Positions 18,382 through 28,108 are shown, counted from the stretch's first letter. The stretch is DNA of 64,000 nt from Bryobacterales bacterium UBA690 (GCA_002298225.1 DBMU01000036.1:60027-124026); one strand, 5' to 3'. The notes: generated by a model not told the origin, from the sequence alone. Numbers and translations: made by a program.

Positions 18382-19359
18382 ATGTTGAAGACCGCCCTCC
18401 TCTGCACGGCTTTGTGCGCTGCGGCCGCAGCCGCGCCTCCGCAAGCCCATATCAGGAACGCCGCCATTGCCGCCACCTTCTATCTCCCCGACGCGACGAA
18501 CGGCTATTACCGCGCGACGCGCTTCGACTGGTCCGGCCAGATCTCCAGCCTCAAGACCAAAAACCACCAGTACTTCGGCCAGTGGTTCGAACGCTACGAT
18601 CCCAAGCTCCACGACGCCATCATGGGACCCGTCGAAGAGTTCCGCACCGGCGACGCCGCGCTCGGCTACGCCGAGGCCGCACCGGGCGGCGAGTTCGTCC
18701 GCATCGGTGTCGGCGTCCTCCGCAAGCCCCAGGAGAAGTCCTTCCAGACCTTCAGCACCTACGAGATCGTCGATCCCGGCAAGTGGAGCGTGAAGCAGGG
18801 CAAGGACTGGATCGAATTCACGCACGACCTCAAAAGCCCCAACGGCTACGCCTATCGCTACACGAAGAAGATCCGCCTGGTGAAGAACAAGCCGGAGATG
18901 GTCATCGAGCACCGCCTGAAAAATACGGGCACGAAGCGCATCGAGACCTCGCAGTACAACCACAACTTCCTTGTCATCGACGGCCAGTCCACCGGCCCCG
19001 ATGCCAGCGTGAAGTTCCCCTTCGATCTGAAACCCTTGCGCGAATTCCGCGGCGGCCTGGCCGAGAACCGCGGCAACGAGATCGTCTTCCTCAAGGAACT
19101 TCAGAAGGGACAGAGCACCATCGCCGAGTTCCAGGGTTTCGGCCCCAGCGCCGCCGACTACGACATCCGCGTCGAACACCGCAAAGCCGGCGCGGGCGTT
19201 CGGATCCGCGGCGACGTGCCGCTCTCCAAGATCGTCTTTTGGTGTATCCGCACCACGTTTTGTCCCGAGCCGTACGTCAACCTCGCCGCCGATCCCGGCC
19301 GTGAAACGAAGTGGGCCTACACCTACGAGTTCTACGACCTGCCCGCAGGCAGCCGCTAA
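18382..19359 (+). CDS. Secreted hypothetical protein
   Basis: Signal peptide MLKTALLCTALCAAAAAA. Coding-like composition. No recognised motif. Confidence 0.5.
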   Translation: MLKTALLCTALCAAAAAAPPQAHIRNAAIAATFYLPDATNGYYRATRFDWSGQISSLKTKNHQYFGQWFERYDPKLHDAIMGPVEEFRTGDAALGYAEAAPGGEFVRIGVGVLRKPQEKSFQTFSTYEIVDPGKWSVKQGKDWIEFTHDLKSPNGYAYRYTKKIRLVKNKPEMVIEHRLKNTGTKRIETSQYNHNFLVIDGQSTGPDASVKFPFDLKPLREFRGGLAENRGNEIVFLKELQKGQSTIAEFQGFGPSAADYDIRVEHRKAGAGVRIRGDVPLSKIVFWCIRTTFCPEPYVNLAADPGRETKWAYTYEFYDLPAGSR

Positions 19360-19973
19360 AACCGGAAGGCGACCAGGACATCGTGGACGTCCCTTGCCGC
19401 CAGAGGCAGTTCGCTGAAGCGCGTGAAGCGGTATTGCGGCTCGATCGCCAGCCAGTTCGTCACCTTCAGACTGATGCCGCCACCAATCGCAGCCCCGTGA
19501 AAGATGCCTTTCTCCTCGACGTCCACCGACACCGGATTCTGGCTGTATGCGTTGGTCCGGACCGAGTGCTTGTGCACGCTGCGCAGAACGTATCCTCCAT
19601 CCACGAACAACCTGATCGGGCGCTCATCCGGCGTGACGTACGCTTTCACCAGGATTGGGAAATCCCAGACATTCAGCCGGGAGTGGCTCAGCCAGATGTT
19701 GTCCACATTAGCCCCGGCGGGTGGAGGTATAAGCCAATCGGCTTTGGAGGTGTCGGCGCCCTGCCTTCGATACAGTACGTCCGCGGTCATTAACAACTCG
19801 CGCCAGACCCGAACCTCACCGAAGCCACCCAACACGTATGGCTTCGATTCATCCATCGTTTTGTAGTAAGTGTCATTAGCCGTGAATCCAGCGACAGCGC
19901 CATAGTGCAGGCGCTGTCCCCACCCGATTGAGCAAGCAAGAGTAGCGATGAGAAAGACCCTGTTCCGAAGCAC
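19356..19973 (-). CDS. Putative outer-membrane beta-barrel protein
   Basis: Signal peptide MLRNRVFLIATLACSIGWG. Alternating amphipathic beta-strand pattern. C-terminal aromatic residue (…VAFRF), as expected for an OMP. Confidence 0.45.
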   Translation of the reverse strand: MLRNRVFLIATLACSIGWGQRLHYGAVAGFTANDTYYKTMDESKPYVLGGFGEVRVWRELLMTADVLYRRQGADTSKADWLIPPPAGANVDNIWLSHSRLNVWDFPILVKAYVTPDERPIRLFVDGGYVLRSVHKHSVRTNAYSQNPVSVDVEEKGIFHGAAIGGGISLKVTNWLAIEPQYRFTRFSELPLAARDVHDVLVAFRF

Positions 19974-20045
19974 GGTTCAAAGGACGGAACTATCCGTTAT
20001 TCGGTTTCAATTTCTCTTCAACGTTTCGCGGGCGGGCAACGTATC

Positions 20046-20612
20046 TTGTTCAGAGTGGCTCCGGAAGGAATTCAATTGGCGGCAGCGGTCGTAAAGCCAT
20101 CAGCACTGAAGGAGGATCGCCTGGAGGCATTCCAAAGGCTGATGATCCTGCACGAGAAGATGGTGCTGCGCACGGCCTTCCGCATGCTCGGCCGCCTCGA
20201 AGACGCCCAGGACGTCTCGCAGGAAGTCTTCCTGCGTTTCTACAGGCACTTCGAGGGCATCCGTGAGGACCTCGGCGTCCCGGCCTGGCTCTACCGGACC
20301 ACCATGAATCTCTGCTTCGATCTGTTGCGTGCGCGCAAGCCGGTGGAGTCCATCGAATGGGATCCGCCCGTCCGCGCCACGCAGGAGGACGACGTGGAGC
20401 GCGACGAGCGCCGCCGCCTTCTCGCCGCCGCATTGCAGCATTTGCCGGAGAAGGAGCGCGCCGCCGTCGTTCTCCGGGAGATTGAAGGTTTGGACACACG
20501 GGAAGTCGCCGCGATCCTCGGCTCTACCGAACAGACCGTGCGCAGCCAGGTGTCCGTGGGTAAATCCAGATTGCGAGGCCTGATGGAGCTCTTCGCGGGG
20601 AGGACGTCATGA
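20046..20612 (+). CDS. ECF-type RNA polymerase sigma factor
   Basis: Region 2 (LRTAFRMLGRLEDAQDVSQEVFLRFY) and region 4 (LPEKERAAVVLREIEGLDTREVAAILGSTEQTVRSQVSVGKSRLR). Exact start uncertain (TTG/GTG). Confidence 0.8.
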   Translation: MFRVAPEGIQLAAAVVKPSALKEDRLEAFQRLMILHEKMVLRTAFRMLGRLEDAQDVSQEVFLRFYRHFEGIREDLGVPAWLYRTTMNLCFDLLRARKPVESIEWDPPVRATQEDDVERDERRRLLAAALQHLPEKERAAVVLREIEGLDTREVAAILGSTEQTVRSQVSVGKSRLRGLMELFAGRTS

Positions 20613-21025
20613 ACTGGAACGGCGACGATCTCGATCTTGCGTTGCGCGAACTGCGCGACGAAGAGCTGCCGCTGGGCGCGGTGGAGGCGGTGCGCGCGCG
20701 GGTCATGGCGGAGGTCGCAGCACCCCGACGCCGCTGGTGGATGTGGGCGTGGGCTCCGGCGCTGGCCGCGATGCTCCTCATCATCTGGCTCATCCCCCGA
20801 CCCGCTGTCCCGCCCCCGCCGGTGATCGCCAAAGCTCCGGCCGCCCCGCCTCACTCTATCGCGGGCACGGCAGCGACTGGCAATGAATCGCGGCACATCG
20901 TACCCGCGACCGGCAGGGAGCGGGTAAAGCCTGTCGCTCCAGCAAGCGAGTTCGTCAAGCTCGTCACCGATGACCCCGACGTGGTCATCCTCTGGGCAAT
21001 GAATTCCGAAGGAGACTCTCAATGA
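20609..21025 (+). CDS. Putative anti-sigma factor (single-pass membrane protein, no ZAS motif)
   Basis: ATGA overlap with the sigma gene. Single TM helix WMWAWAPALAAMLLIIWLI. Pro-rich periplasmic tail. No HxxxCxxC. Confidence 0.5.
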   Translation: MNWNGDDLDLALRELRDEELPLGAVEAVRARVMAEVAAPRRRWWMWAWAPALAAMLLIIWLIPRPAVPPPPVIAKAPAAPPHSIAGTAATGNESRHIVPATGRERVKPVAPASEFVKLVTDDPDVVILWAMNSEGDSQ

Positions 21026-21783
21026 AACGACTGCTCGTACTCATCGCCACACTCGCCCTCACCCTGGGCGCGCAGGAGGCGCAAACCAGAAAATGGCTCC
21101 AGAAGGTGATCGACGTCAAATACGCCGACGTGCAGGCGTTGGCAAACCTCATCGCCTCGGGTGTGCGCGACGCGCGCATTCAGCCCAACCGCGAACTGCG
21201 CGCCATCAGCATCGGCACTTACAACGACTTCGATATGCAGATGGCCGAGGAGATCATCAAGCGCTACGACGTCGCCCGCGGCGCTGCACCCACGGGCAAC
21301 CGCAACATCGAACTCGTGGTTTACATGCTCCTGGCATCGCCGAAAGGCAACGCCGGCGAAGCCGTCCCGGCCGACCTGGAGCCCGTCACCAAACAATTGA
21401 AATCTCTCTTCGGCTACTCCGACTTCCGGCTCCTCGACAGTGCCCTAATCCGCACTCGCGAAGGCGTCCAAGTAGGGAGCAATGGCACCGCCGGCATCAT
21501 CGACCCCGACCTGCCTAATGCGAGCGCGCCATATCAATTGAGCATCAGGAGCGCCAATTTAATCCCGTCCGACCGTGGCAGCGCCATCCGGCTCGATGGC
21601 TTCAGATTTGGCATCCGCGTACCATACCCTACTGCACCCGGCGGGGGCCATAGTTTCTCCGAGGTCGGCATCAGCACCGAGCTCGACGTCCGCGAAGGCC
21701 AAAAGGTCGTCATCGGCAAAGCCAAAGTCGCCAACTCAAACTCCGCCCTCGTCCTCGTCGTGACCGCCAAGGCCATCGACTGA
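21022..21783 (+). CDS. Secreted protein with secretin-N/STN-like alpha/beta repeats, co-operonic with the ECF sigma/anti-sigma pair
   Basis: Signal peptide MKRLLVLIATLALTLGAQEA. KVIDVKYADVQALANLIASGV...ISIGTYNDFDMQMAEEIIKRYD pattern resembles the Secretin_N/STN fold. ATGA overlap with the anti-sigma gene. Confidence 0.45.
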   Translation: MKRLLVLIATLALTLGAQEAQTRKWLQKVIDVKYADVQALANLIASGVRDARIQPNRELRAISIGTYNDFDMQMAEEIIKRYDVARGAAPTGNRNIELVVYMLLASPKGNAGEAVPADLEPVTKQLKSLFGYSDFRLLDSALIRTREGVQVGSNGTAGIIDPDLPNASAPYQLSIRSANLIPSDRGSAIRLDGFRFGIRVPYPTAPGGGHSFSEVGISTELDVREGQKVVIGKAKVANSNSALVLVVTAKAID

Positions 21784-21800
21784 GATATTCTGGTCGCTTC

Positions 21801-22844
21801 ATGAGAAGCGCTCCTCTCGTCGCACCGAAACGACTCGAACTGATCGAAGCCCCTCTCCCTGACGGCCCGCGCCCCGGCGAACTGCTGGTGAAAGTGCGGG
21901 CCGTTGGTTTATGCGGCTCCGATCTCCACTGGTGGGCCGAGGGCCGCATCCACTCCGGACAGGCGCGGTACCCGCAGGTCCTCGGCCATGAACCCGTCGG
22001 CGAAGTCGTCGAAGTCGGCCCCGGCGTCACTCACTTCAAGCCCGGCGACCTCGTCGGCATGGAGCCCTCTCTCACCTGCGGTCACTGCGAGTTCTGCATC
22101 GCCGGACGGCACAACCTCTGCGTCTCCTCCCGCTTCATGGGCGGCCCCGAGGCCCAGGGCTTCCTCCGCGACTACGTCGTCATCCCCGAGCACAACGCCG
22201 ATCCCGTCCCCGCCAACCTCACCATCCATCAGGCCACGCTCATGGAGCCCGTCGCTGTGTGGGTCCACACCTATGAGCTCGCCCCGGTGCGAATGGGCGA
22301 CACCGTCGCCATCCTCGGCACGGGATCCATCGGGCTCCTCGGCATCGCCATGGCAAAACAATCAGGAGCGGAGATGGTCCTGGCCTGCGACCGCGTCCCC
22401 CACCGCCTCAAGCTCGCCAAAGACATGGGCGCCGACGTCGCGCTCAACATCAACGAGGACGACTTCCTCGACGCCGTCATGCAAAAGACCAACGGCCGCG
22501 GCGTCGACATCGTCTTCGACGCCGCCGGCGCGCCCCAGACCATCAATCTCGGCCTCAACTGCGCGCGCAGCGGCGGACGCTTCGTCCTCATCGGCATCCC
22601 CGAGCCCCTGAACTTCGAAGTGGACCTCCACGCGGCCATGGCCCGCGAATTGAACATCCAGGCGATGAAGCGCTCCAACCACAAAGGCCGCGCCGCGGGC
22701 GCGCTGCTCGCCGCAGGCCGCATCCCCACCGGCCTCATCACCCATCTTCTTCCTCTGGAGCAGGCCCAGCAGGGCTTCGAAACGCTCCACAGCTACGCCG
22801 GCGGAGTCGGCAAGCTCATCTTCGATCTCGACCAGAAAGCCTGA
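21801..22844 (+). CDS. Zinc-dependent alcohol/polyol dehydrogenase (MDR family, sorbitol/threonine dehydrogenase-like)
   Basis: GHEPVGEVVEVG catalytic-zinc motif, structural zinc CGHCEFCIAGRHNLC, Rossmann GTGSIGLLG. Confidence 0.85.
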   Translation: MRSAPLVAPKRLELIEAPLPDGPRPGELLVKVRAVGLCGSDLHWWAEGRIHSGQARYPQVLGHEPVGEVVEVGPGVTHFKPGDLVGMEPSLTCGHCEFCIAGRHNLCVSSRFMGGPEAQGFLRDYVVIPEHNADPVPANLTIHQATLMEPVAVWVHTYELAPVRMGDTVAILGTGSIGLLGIAMAKQSGAEMVLACDRVPHRLKLAKDMGADVALNINEDDFLDAVMQKTNGRGVDIVFDAAGAPQTINLGLNCARSGGRFVLIGIPEPLNFEVDLHAAMARELNIQAMKRSNHKGRAAGALLAAGRIPTGLITHLLPLEQAQQGFETLHSYAGGVGKLIFDLDQKA

Positions 22845-22849
22845 AGCCC

Positions 22850-24316
22850 ATGTCCCACTACCTTGCATTCGATCTCGGCGCAGAGAGCGGACGCGCCATC
22901 CTCGGCACGCTCGAAAACGGGCGTCTCCAGCTTGAGGAGCTCCACCGCTTCCTCAACGAGCCCGTCCGCCTGCCGGACGGCATGTACTGGGACACCTTCC
23001 GCCTCTTCCACGACATTCGCCAGGGGCTGCGCATCGCCGGGCGCGAGCGCAACCTCAAGCTCGACGGCATCGCCGTCGACACCTGGGGCGTCGACTACGG
23101 CCTGTTCGACTCCAACGGCGAGCTCTGCGTCACGCCGCGCCACTATCGCGATCCGCGCAACAACGCAGCCTACGAGAAAGCGCTGGCCAAGGCCGGGCGC
23201 GAGACCATCTTCGAGCACACCGGCCTCCAGTTCATGGCGCTGAACTCGCTCTATCAGCTCTACGCCGCCAAGCTCGCCGCCACGCCGGGACTCTGGTCCG
23301 CGTCGAAACTCCTCTTCATGCCGGACCTGCTCAGCTACTGGCTCAGCGGCACGCAGAAGAACGAGCTCACCATCGCCAGCACCTCACAGTTCTACAACCC
23401 CGCAAAGAAGCGCTGGTCCACGGAACTCCTCGACATCCTCGCCCTGCCGAAACATATTCTGGGCGATGTGGTTTTGCCCGGCACGAAGCTGGGCGGCCTG
23501 CTCGACGAGATCCAGGACACGTGCGCCCTCGGCGATGCGCCGGTCTTTGCCACTGCCAGCCACGACACCGCCTCAGCCGTTGCCGCCGTTCCCGCCGCCG
23601 GCAATCGCCCGTGGTGCTACATCAGTTCCGGCACGTGGTCATTAATGGGCCTCGAGATCGACGAACCCATCGTGACTCCCAAGGCGCTGGAGCTCACGCT
23701 GACCAACGAAATCGGCGTCGAAGGCAAGGTCCGTCTGCTGAAAAACATCGCGGGCCTCTGGCTGGTGCAGGAGTGCCGCCGCCAGTGGCTGCTGGAAGGC
23801 CGCGACTACAGCTACGCGCAGCTCACTCAGATGGCCGCCGAGGCCCCGCCGTTCCTCGCGGTGCTCGATCCCGATCAGTTCATCGAGCCCGGCCACATGC
23901 CGCAGCGCATGGCCGAGTACTGCCGCAGGACCGGACAGACCGTGCCCGAGACGCCCGGCCAGTTCGTGCGCATCTCGCTCGAGAGCCTCGCCTACCGCTA
24001 CCGCCAGGTGCTCGAGATGCTCGAGGCCATCGCGGGTTACCGCATCGAAGTGATTCACGTCGTGGGCGGCGGCTCGCGCAACGGCCTGTTGAATCGCTTC
24101 CTCGCCGGAGCCACCGGGCGCATAGTGGTCGCCGGACCGTCGGAAGCCACCGCCATCGGAAATCTCCTCGTGCAGGCCATGGGCGCGGGAGAAATCAGCG
24201 GCCTCGCCCAAATCCGCAAAGTGGTCCGCAACTCCTTCGACCTCGAAACCATCGAAGGCTGCGCCGACCCCGCCTGGGACCGCGCCTACGAAAAGTATCT
24301 GAGAGTGAGAGGGTAG
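22850..24316 (+). CDS. FGGY-family carbohydrate kinase (rhamnulokinase-like)
   Basis: N-terminal YLAFDLGAESGRAILG and C-terminal HVVGGGSRNGLLNRFLAGATG actin-like ATPase motifs. Confidence 0.8.
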   Translation: MSHYLAFDLGAESGRAILGTLENGRLQLEELHRFLNEPVRLPDGMYWDTFRLFHDIRQGLRIAGRERNLKLDGIAVDTWGVDYGLFDSNGELCVTPRHYRDPRNNAAYEKALAKAGRETIFEHTGLQFMALNSLYQLYAAKLAATPGLWSASKLLFMPDLLSYWLSGTQKNELTIASTSQFYNPAKKRWSTELLDILALPKHILGDVVLPGTKLGGLLDEIQDTCALGDAPVFATASHDTASAVAAVPAAGNRPWCYISSGTWSLMGLEIDEPIVTPKALELTLTNEIGVEGKVRLLKNIAGLWLVQECRRQWLLEGRDYSYAQLTQMAAEAPPFLAVLDPDQFIEPGHMPQRMAEYCRRTGQTVPETPGQFVRISLESLAYRYRQVLEMLEAIAGYRIEVIHVVGGGSRNGLLNRFLAGATGRIVVAGPSEATAIGNLLVQAMGAGEISGLAQIRKVVRNSFDLETIEGCADPAWDRAYEKYLRVRG

Positions 24317-24337
24317 GGCAGGCCCCCGGACCTGCCC
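24316..24337. terminator. GC-rich hairpin between the convergent FGGY kinase and clpP genes (bidirectional terminator candidate)
   Basis: GGGCAGG-cccccgga-CCTGCCC. No U-tract, which is common in high-GC genomes. Confidence 0.35.
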
Positions 24338-24365
24338 ATGAGCCCGTTGCGAGGCTGAGAAGACC

Positions 24366-24992
24366 CTACTTTTCGCGCCGCGCGATGATCTTGTCGATCA
24401 TCCCGTAATCCAGCGCCGCCTGTGCTTCCATGATGTAGTCGCGGTCCACATCCCGCGCAATCCGGTCCACAGGCTGATTCGTCGCGTCCGCCAGCACGCC
24501 GTTCAGGATCTCCCGCATGCGCAGAATCTCCTTCGCGTAGATGTCGATGTCCGTCGCCTGCCCGGCCAGCCCGCTCATCGACGGCTGGTGGATCAGGATC
24601 CGCGAATGCGGCAGCGCGTACCGCTTGCCCTTCGTCCCGCTCGCCAGCAGCACCGCCCCCATCGACGCCGCCTGCCCCACGCAGTACGTCACGATGTCCG
24701 GCTCGATCAGATTCATTGTGTCGAGGATCGCCAGACCCGCCGTGATGGAACCGCCCGGCGAGTTGATGTAGAGAGAGATGTCCTTCTCCGGGTCCTCCGC
24801 CGCCAGAAACAGCATCTGGGCGATGATCAGGTTGGCCACCTGATCGTCAATTGGCGTGCCCAGGAAGATGATGTTTTCCTTCAGCAGCCGTGAGTAGATG
24901 TCATAGGCGCGCTCGCCCCGGGATGTCTGCTCGACCACCATCGGGACCAGCATGTCGTGCGGAACCGGGACGCCGCCATTGCGAATGGGCAT
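24366..24992 (-). CDS. clpP: ATP-dependent Clp protease proteolytic subunit
   Basis: Catalytic Ser in [11 protein letters not shown], His in ILIHQPS, typical ClpP N-terminus. Confidence 0.9.
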   Translation of the reverse strand: MPIRNGGVPVPHDMLVPMVVEQTSRGERAYDIYSRLLKENIIFLGTPIDDQVANLIIAQMLFLAAEDPEKDISLYINSPGGSITAGLAILDTMNLIEPDIVTYCVGQAASMGAVLLASGTKGKRYALPHSRILIHQPSMSGLAGQATDIDIYAKEILRMREILNGVLADATNQPVDRIARDVDRDYIMEAQAALDYGMIDKIIARREK

Positions 24993-25052
24993 TCTGCCTC
25001 CTTGAGCATCACCTGCGCCGCCCGCGGCGCCGCTGCGGCGTGCCCCGGGGGC

Positions 25053-25532
25053 TCAAGCCTTCTTTGTCGTGGAGCGCTTCGCAGCTTTCTTGCTCATCTT
25101 CTCGAGGTTCTTGCGCTTCTGCTCGAAGCCCTTCGCCAGATCCTCGATCGTCGTGCGCTCCAGATACTCCATGATACGATTCCGCAGGGCCTTCCAGTTG
25201 TCGTGCATCCCGCACGGCGCCTGGTCGTTGCACTCTGCCATCCCGGCCGGGCACCGCTCGAAGTCGGCAAGGCCGTCCACGGAGTCCACAATCGCCAGCA
25301 GCGTCAGGTCCGTCGCAGGCATCCGCAGGCTGAACCCTCCCGTCGGCCCCTTGCTCGAACGGAGGAAGCCCTTGCGCGCCAGTTGTTGCAGGATCTTCGC
25401 CAGAAAATGGGAAGGGATGTCCGCATCTTGAGCAATCTGCTTCACCATCGCATACTTGCCTTCCGGCACCCTTGCCAATTGCACAAATGCCCTGATGGCA
25501 TACTCAGCCGAGCGGGAATAGATCATGGACAC
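25053..25532 (-). CDS. Rrf2 family transcriptional regulator (IscR/NsrR-like, three conserved Cys)
   Basis: Winged-helix N-terminus AEYAIRAFVQLA...ILQQLARKGFLRSSKGPTGGFSL. Cys triad CPAGMAECNDQAPC. Confidence 0.8.
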   Translation of the reverse strand: MSMIYSRSAEYAIRAFVQLARVPEGKYAMVKQIAQDADIPSHFLAKILQQLARKGFLRSSKGPTGGFSLRMPATDLTLLAIVDSVDGLADFERCPAGMAECNDQAPCGMHDNWKALRNRIMEYLERTTIEDLAKGFEQKRKNLEKMSKKAAKRSTTKKA

Positions 25533-25586
25533 TCCTCGAGAGGTAGACCAGAATACACGTTTATCTTATTTGTACTACGCAGTTGA

Positions 25587-25603
25587 TGCAAGTGAATCTT
25601 GCA
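25587..25603. promoter_or_regulatory. Inverted repeat TGCAAG-N5-CTTGCA in the Rrf2/GH32 divergent region (candidate Rrf2 operator)
   Basis: Perfect 6-bp arms in an AT-rich stretch between the divergent genes. Confidence 0.3.
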
Positions 25604-25759
25604 GGGATTCAGGTATTTTGAACACCTACCCTCTTTGTGCAAAACCCGCCCGCCGCGCCGATCCATTGTGGAACAATATTGTTTCTAACAATTTGCTGGG
25701 CGTTTGTCGCACTGTGACGTCCCCTCGCTCCTGCCCCCGCCTTACGTTAAGATCCTCCC

Positions 25760-27076
25760 ATGCGGCCACTCATGCTCTCCCGTCGCGCCCTCCTCGCATC
25801 CCTCGTGCCCCTCCCCGAGGATCCCCTCCGCCCCCGCTTCCACTTCCTCCCTCCAGCCAATTGGATGAACGATCCCAACGCGCCCATCTTCCACAACGGC
25901 GAGTATCACCTCTACTACCAGCACAACCCCAAAGCCGCCAAATGGGACACCATGCACTGGGGCCACGCCTCCAGCCCCGATCTCCTCCACTGGAAACATC
26001 TCCCCATCGCCCTCGCACCTACTCCCGGCGGCCCCGATAAGGACGGCTGCTTCACAGGCTGCATGGTCATCGACAACGGCAAGCCCACCATCATCTACAC
26101 CGGCGTCCGCCCCGAAGTGCAGTGCCTCGCCACCTCCACCGATATGAACACGTGGCAGAAGCACCGCCGCAACCCCGTTGTCGCCGCACCGCCCCCGGGC
26201 GTCGACACTCCCGGCTTCCGCGACCCCCACGTCTGGCGCGACGGCAGCGACTGGCTGATGCTTGTCGGCGCAGGCTTCCGCGGCAAGGGCGGCACAGCCC
26301 TGCTCTACCAGTCCAAAGACCTCGTCGAGTGGACCTACCTCAACCCGCTCCTCTCCGGCGCCATCAACCCCAACGCAAAGGGCGGCGACGTCGCCCGCGG
26401 CGAGATGTGGGAGTGCCCCGACTTCTTCCCCGTCGGAAACAAATGGCTCTTTTATGTTTCAACCGAGGACAAGGTCCTCTACTGGCTCGGCGACTGGAAG
26501 AACCGCCGCTTCTCACCGCACTCCAACGGCGTGCTGGTCTACGGCGCGGGCTACGCTCCCAAGAGTTCCAACGCCTCCGGCAATCGCCGCATCATCTGGT
26601 CCTGGCTTCGGGAGCAGCGCAGCCAGGAAGATCAGTTGAAGGCCGGCTGGTCCGGCGCCATGTCGCTCGCCGTAGTGCCGTCGCTCGCCAAAGACGGCAC
26701 GCTCCGCCTCGACCCTGCCGCCGAATACCAACAACTCCGCCACCGTGAAGCACTCACTGAAGATTGCTGCGAGCTGCACGTCACGCTGAAAGACAATCAG
26801 CCCTTCGGCCTCACCCGCGGCGGCACTGAGCTCGTCGGCTACGATCCCGACTCGCGCATTCTCAGCGCTGGCCGCTCCGAAGCCCCCGCCCCGCGCGGCG
26901 ACCTCGATCTGCGCATCTTCATCGACGGCTCAGTCGTCGAGGTCTTCGCCAACCGCAGCGTTTGGCTCACCGGCCGCGTCTACGGCCCTATCAGCGGCCT
27001 CAGCATGAGCGCCAAAGCGAAAAAGATCGAGAGCTGGGCGCTCACACCCGTCTCGTCCAACCGCCTGACAAGCTGA
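25760..27076 (+). CDS. Glycoside hydrolase family 32 (beta-fructofuranosidase/levanase-like), secreted
   Basis: WMNDPNAPIFHNGEYHLYYQHNP, FRDP and WECPDFF (EC) motifs. Signal peptide. Confidence 0.8.
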   Translation: MRPLMLSRRALLASLVPLPEDPLRPRFHFLPPANWMNDPNAPIFHNGEYHLYYQHNPKAAKWDTMHWGHASSPDLLHWKHLPIALAPTPGGPDKDGCFTGCMVIDNGKPTIIYTGVRPEVQCLATSTDMNTWQKHRRNPVVAAPPPGVDTPGFRDPHVWRDGSDWLMLVGAGFRGKGGTALLYQSKDLVEWTYLNPLLSGAINPNAKGGDVARGEMWECPDFFPVGNKWLFYVSTEDKVLYWLGDWKNRRFSPHSNGVLVYGAGYAPKSSNASGNRRIIWSWLREQRSQEDQLKAGWSGAMSLAVVPSLAKDGTLRLDPAAEYQQLRHREALTEDCCELHVTLKDNQPFGLTRGGTELVGYDPDSRILSAGRSEAPAPRGDLDLRIFIDGSVVEVFANRSVWLTGRVYGPISGLSMSAKAKKIESWALTPVSSNRLTS

Positions 27077-28108
27077 TCACCTCGCCCAATTGTCCACGCC
27101 ATCCCGCAGCCGGAACGGCCTCGGCTCATCGCGCCGGCAGATCAGCTCCTGCCCGCGCAGGTCCAACTTCGCCACCTGGATCGATGTGCGGCGCGTCGCA
27201 TACGGCTCTACTCCCTTCGCCGTGCGTGGCGCCGTTTCCCAACCCGGCGTCCTTTGCGGATGCGTGAAGTAGAAGATCCACGCGTCGTCGCCCTGCACCA
27301 GCACGTCGCCATGGCCGCCTTTGACCCCGTCCTCGTTACGCGTGCCAGGCTCCTTCAGAATGTTCCCCGTTTGCCGCTCCCAGTGCTCCGCGTCCTTCGA
27401 ACGGAACACGCCCATCCCATCCCAGTGGTCCGTCACCATCCACCACGAGCCCTGCCATCGAAACACGTTCGGGCCTTCGTGCCCCTTGCCCGTGATCACC
27501 GGGCCGATCGTTGTCCAGTTGCGCAGGTCAGCGCTCTCCGACACATACGTGTGCGACGAGTGCGCCTCGTCCTTGTACCACATGCGCCACTTGCCCGACC
27601 GCATCCGCTCCACGCACGCATCGATCACGCGCTCCGACGAAAGCTGCAGCGGCCCGTGACATTCCCACTTCCACAAGTCCCTGCTCGTGTAATGCACGAT
27701 GCGCCGCGGCCCGGACCAGTCCACCGGCACGCCCGGCACGTAGCTGCAATACATGTGATACACGCCGTCGTGCCACAGAATCTCCGGAGCCCAGAACGTG
27801 TTCCGCCCGCGCTCGAATTCGAGCCCCGGCAGCGCCCCGAGATACCGCCACGTCCACCCCGCGTCGAACGACCGCGCCACGCCGATGTCGCACCCGTGCA
27901 CCCACGCCACACCCGGCGTGTCCACATTCGCGCGGCGCTGCGTGTACAGCATCCACCAGCACTTCTCCTGGCGATGCCAGATCACCACTGGATCCGACGC
28001 GCCATCGTAGATCGGATCCCGATACAACGGCGCCCGGGCCGGCGCGTCCTTCTGCTCGTCCTGCAACCAGCCCGCCGCCGCTGTGCCCAAAAACTCCCGC
28101 CGGTTCAT
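27077..28108 (-). CDS. GH43-like five-bladed beta-propeller hydrolase with Tat-type signal
   Basis: MNRREFLGTAAAG twin-arginine signal. DPV...WWMLYT and TFWAPEILWHDGVYHMY motifs. Paralogous to the product of 38890-39774. Confidence 0.5.
   Translation of the reverse strand: MNRREFLGTAAAGWLQDEQKDAPARAPLYRDPIYDGASDPVVIWHRQEKCWWMLYTQRRANVDTPGVAWVHGCDIGVARSFDAGWTWRYLGALPGLEFERGRNTFWAPEILWHDGVYHMYCSYVPGVPVDWSGPRRIVHYTSRDLWKWECHGPLQLSSERVIDACVERMRSGKWRMWYKDEAHSSHTYVSESADLRNWTTIGPVITGKGHEGPNVFRWQGSWWMVTDHWDGMGVFRSKDAEHWERQTGNILKEPGTRNEDGVKGGHGDVLVQGDDAWIFYFTHPQRTPGWETAPRTAKGVEPYATRRTSIQVAKLDLRGQELICRRDEPRPFRLRDGVDNWAR

Noticed and set aside
18360-19304. 314-aa Arg/Pro-rich ORF overlapping the secreted-protein gene in another frame
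   Set aside because: Alternate-frame artefact typical of high-GC DNA. It has extreme Arg/Pro composition and no start context. The overlapping frame (18382-19359) has a signal peptide and normal composition.
19986-20026. GGAAC motif upstream of the ECF sigma gene as an autoregulated ECF promoter (-35)
   Set aside because: No properly spaced CGT(C/T)-type -10 element (candidates are 5 nt or 31 nt away), so there is no support for a promoter call.
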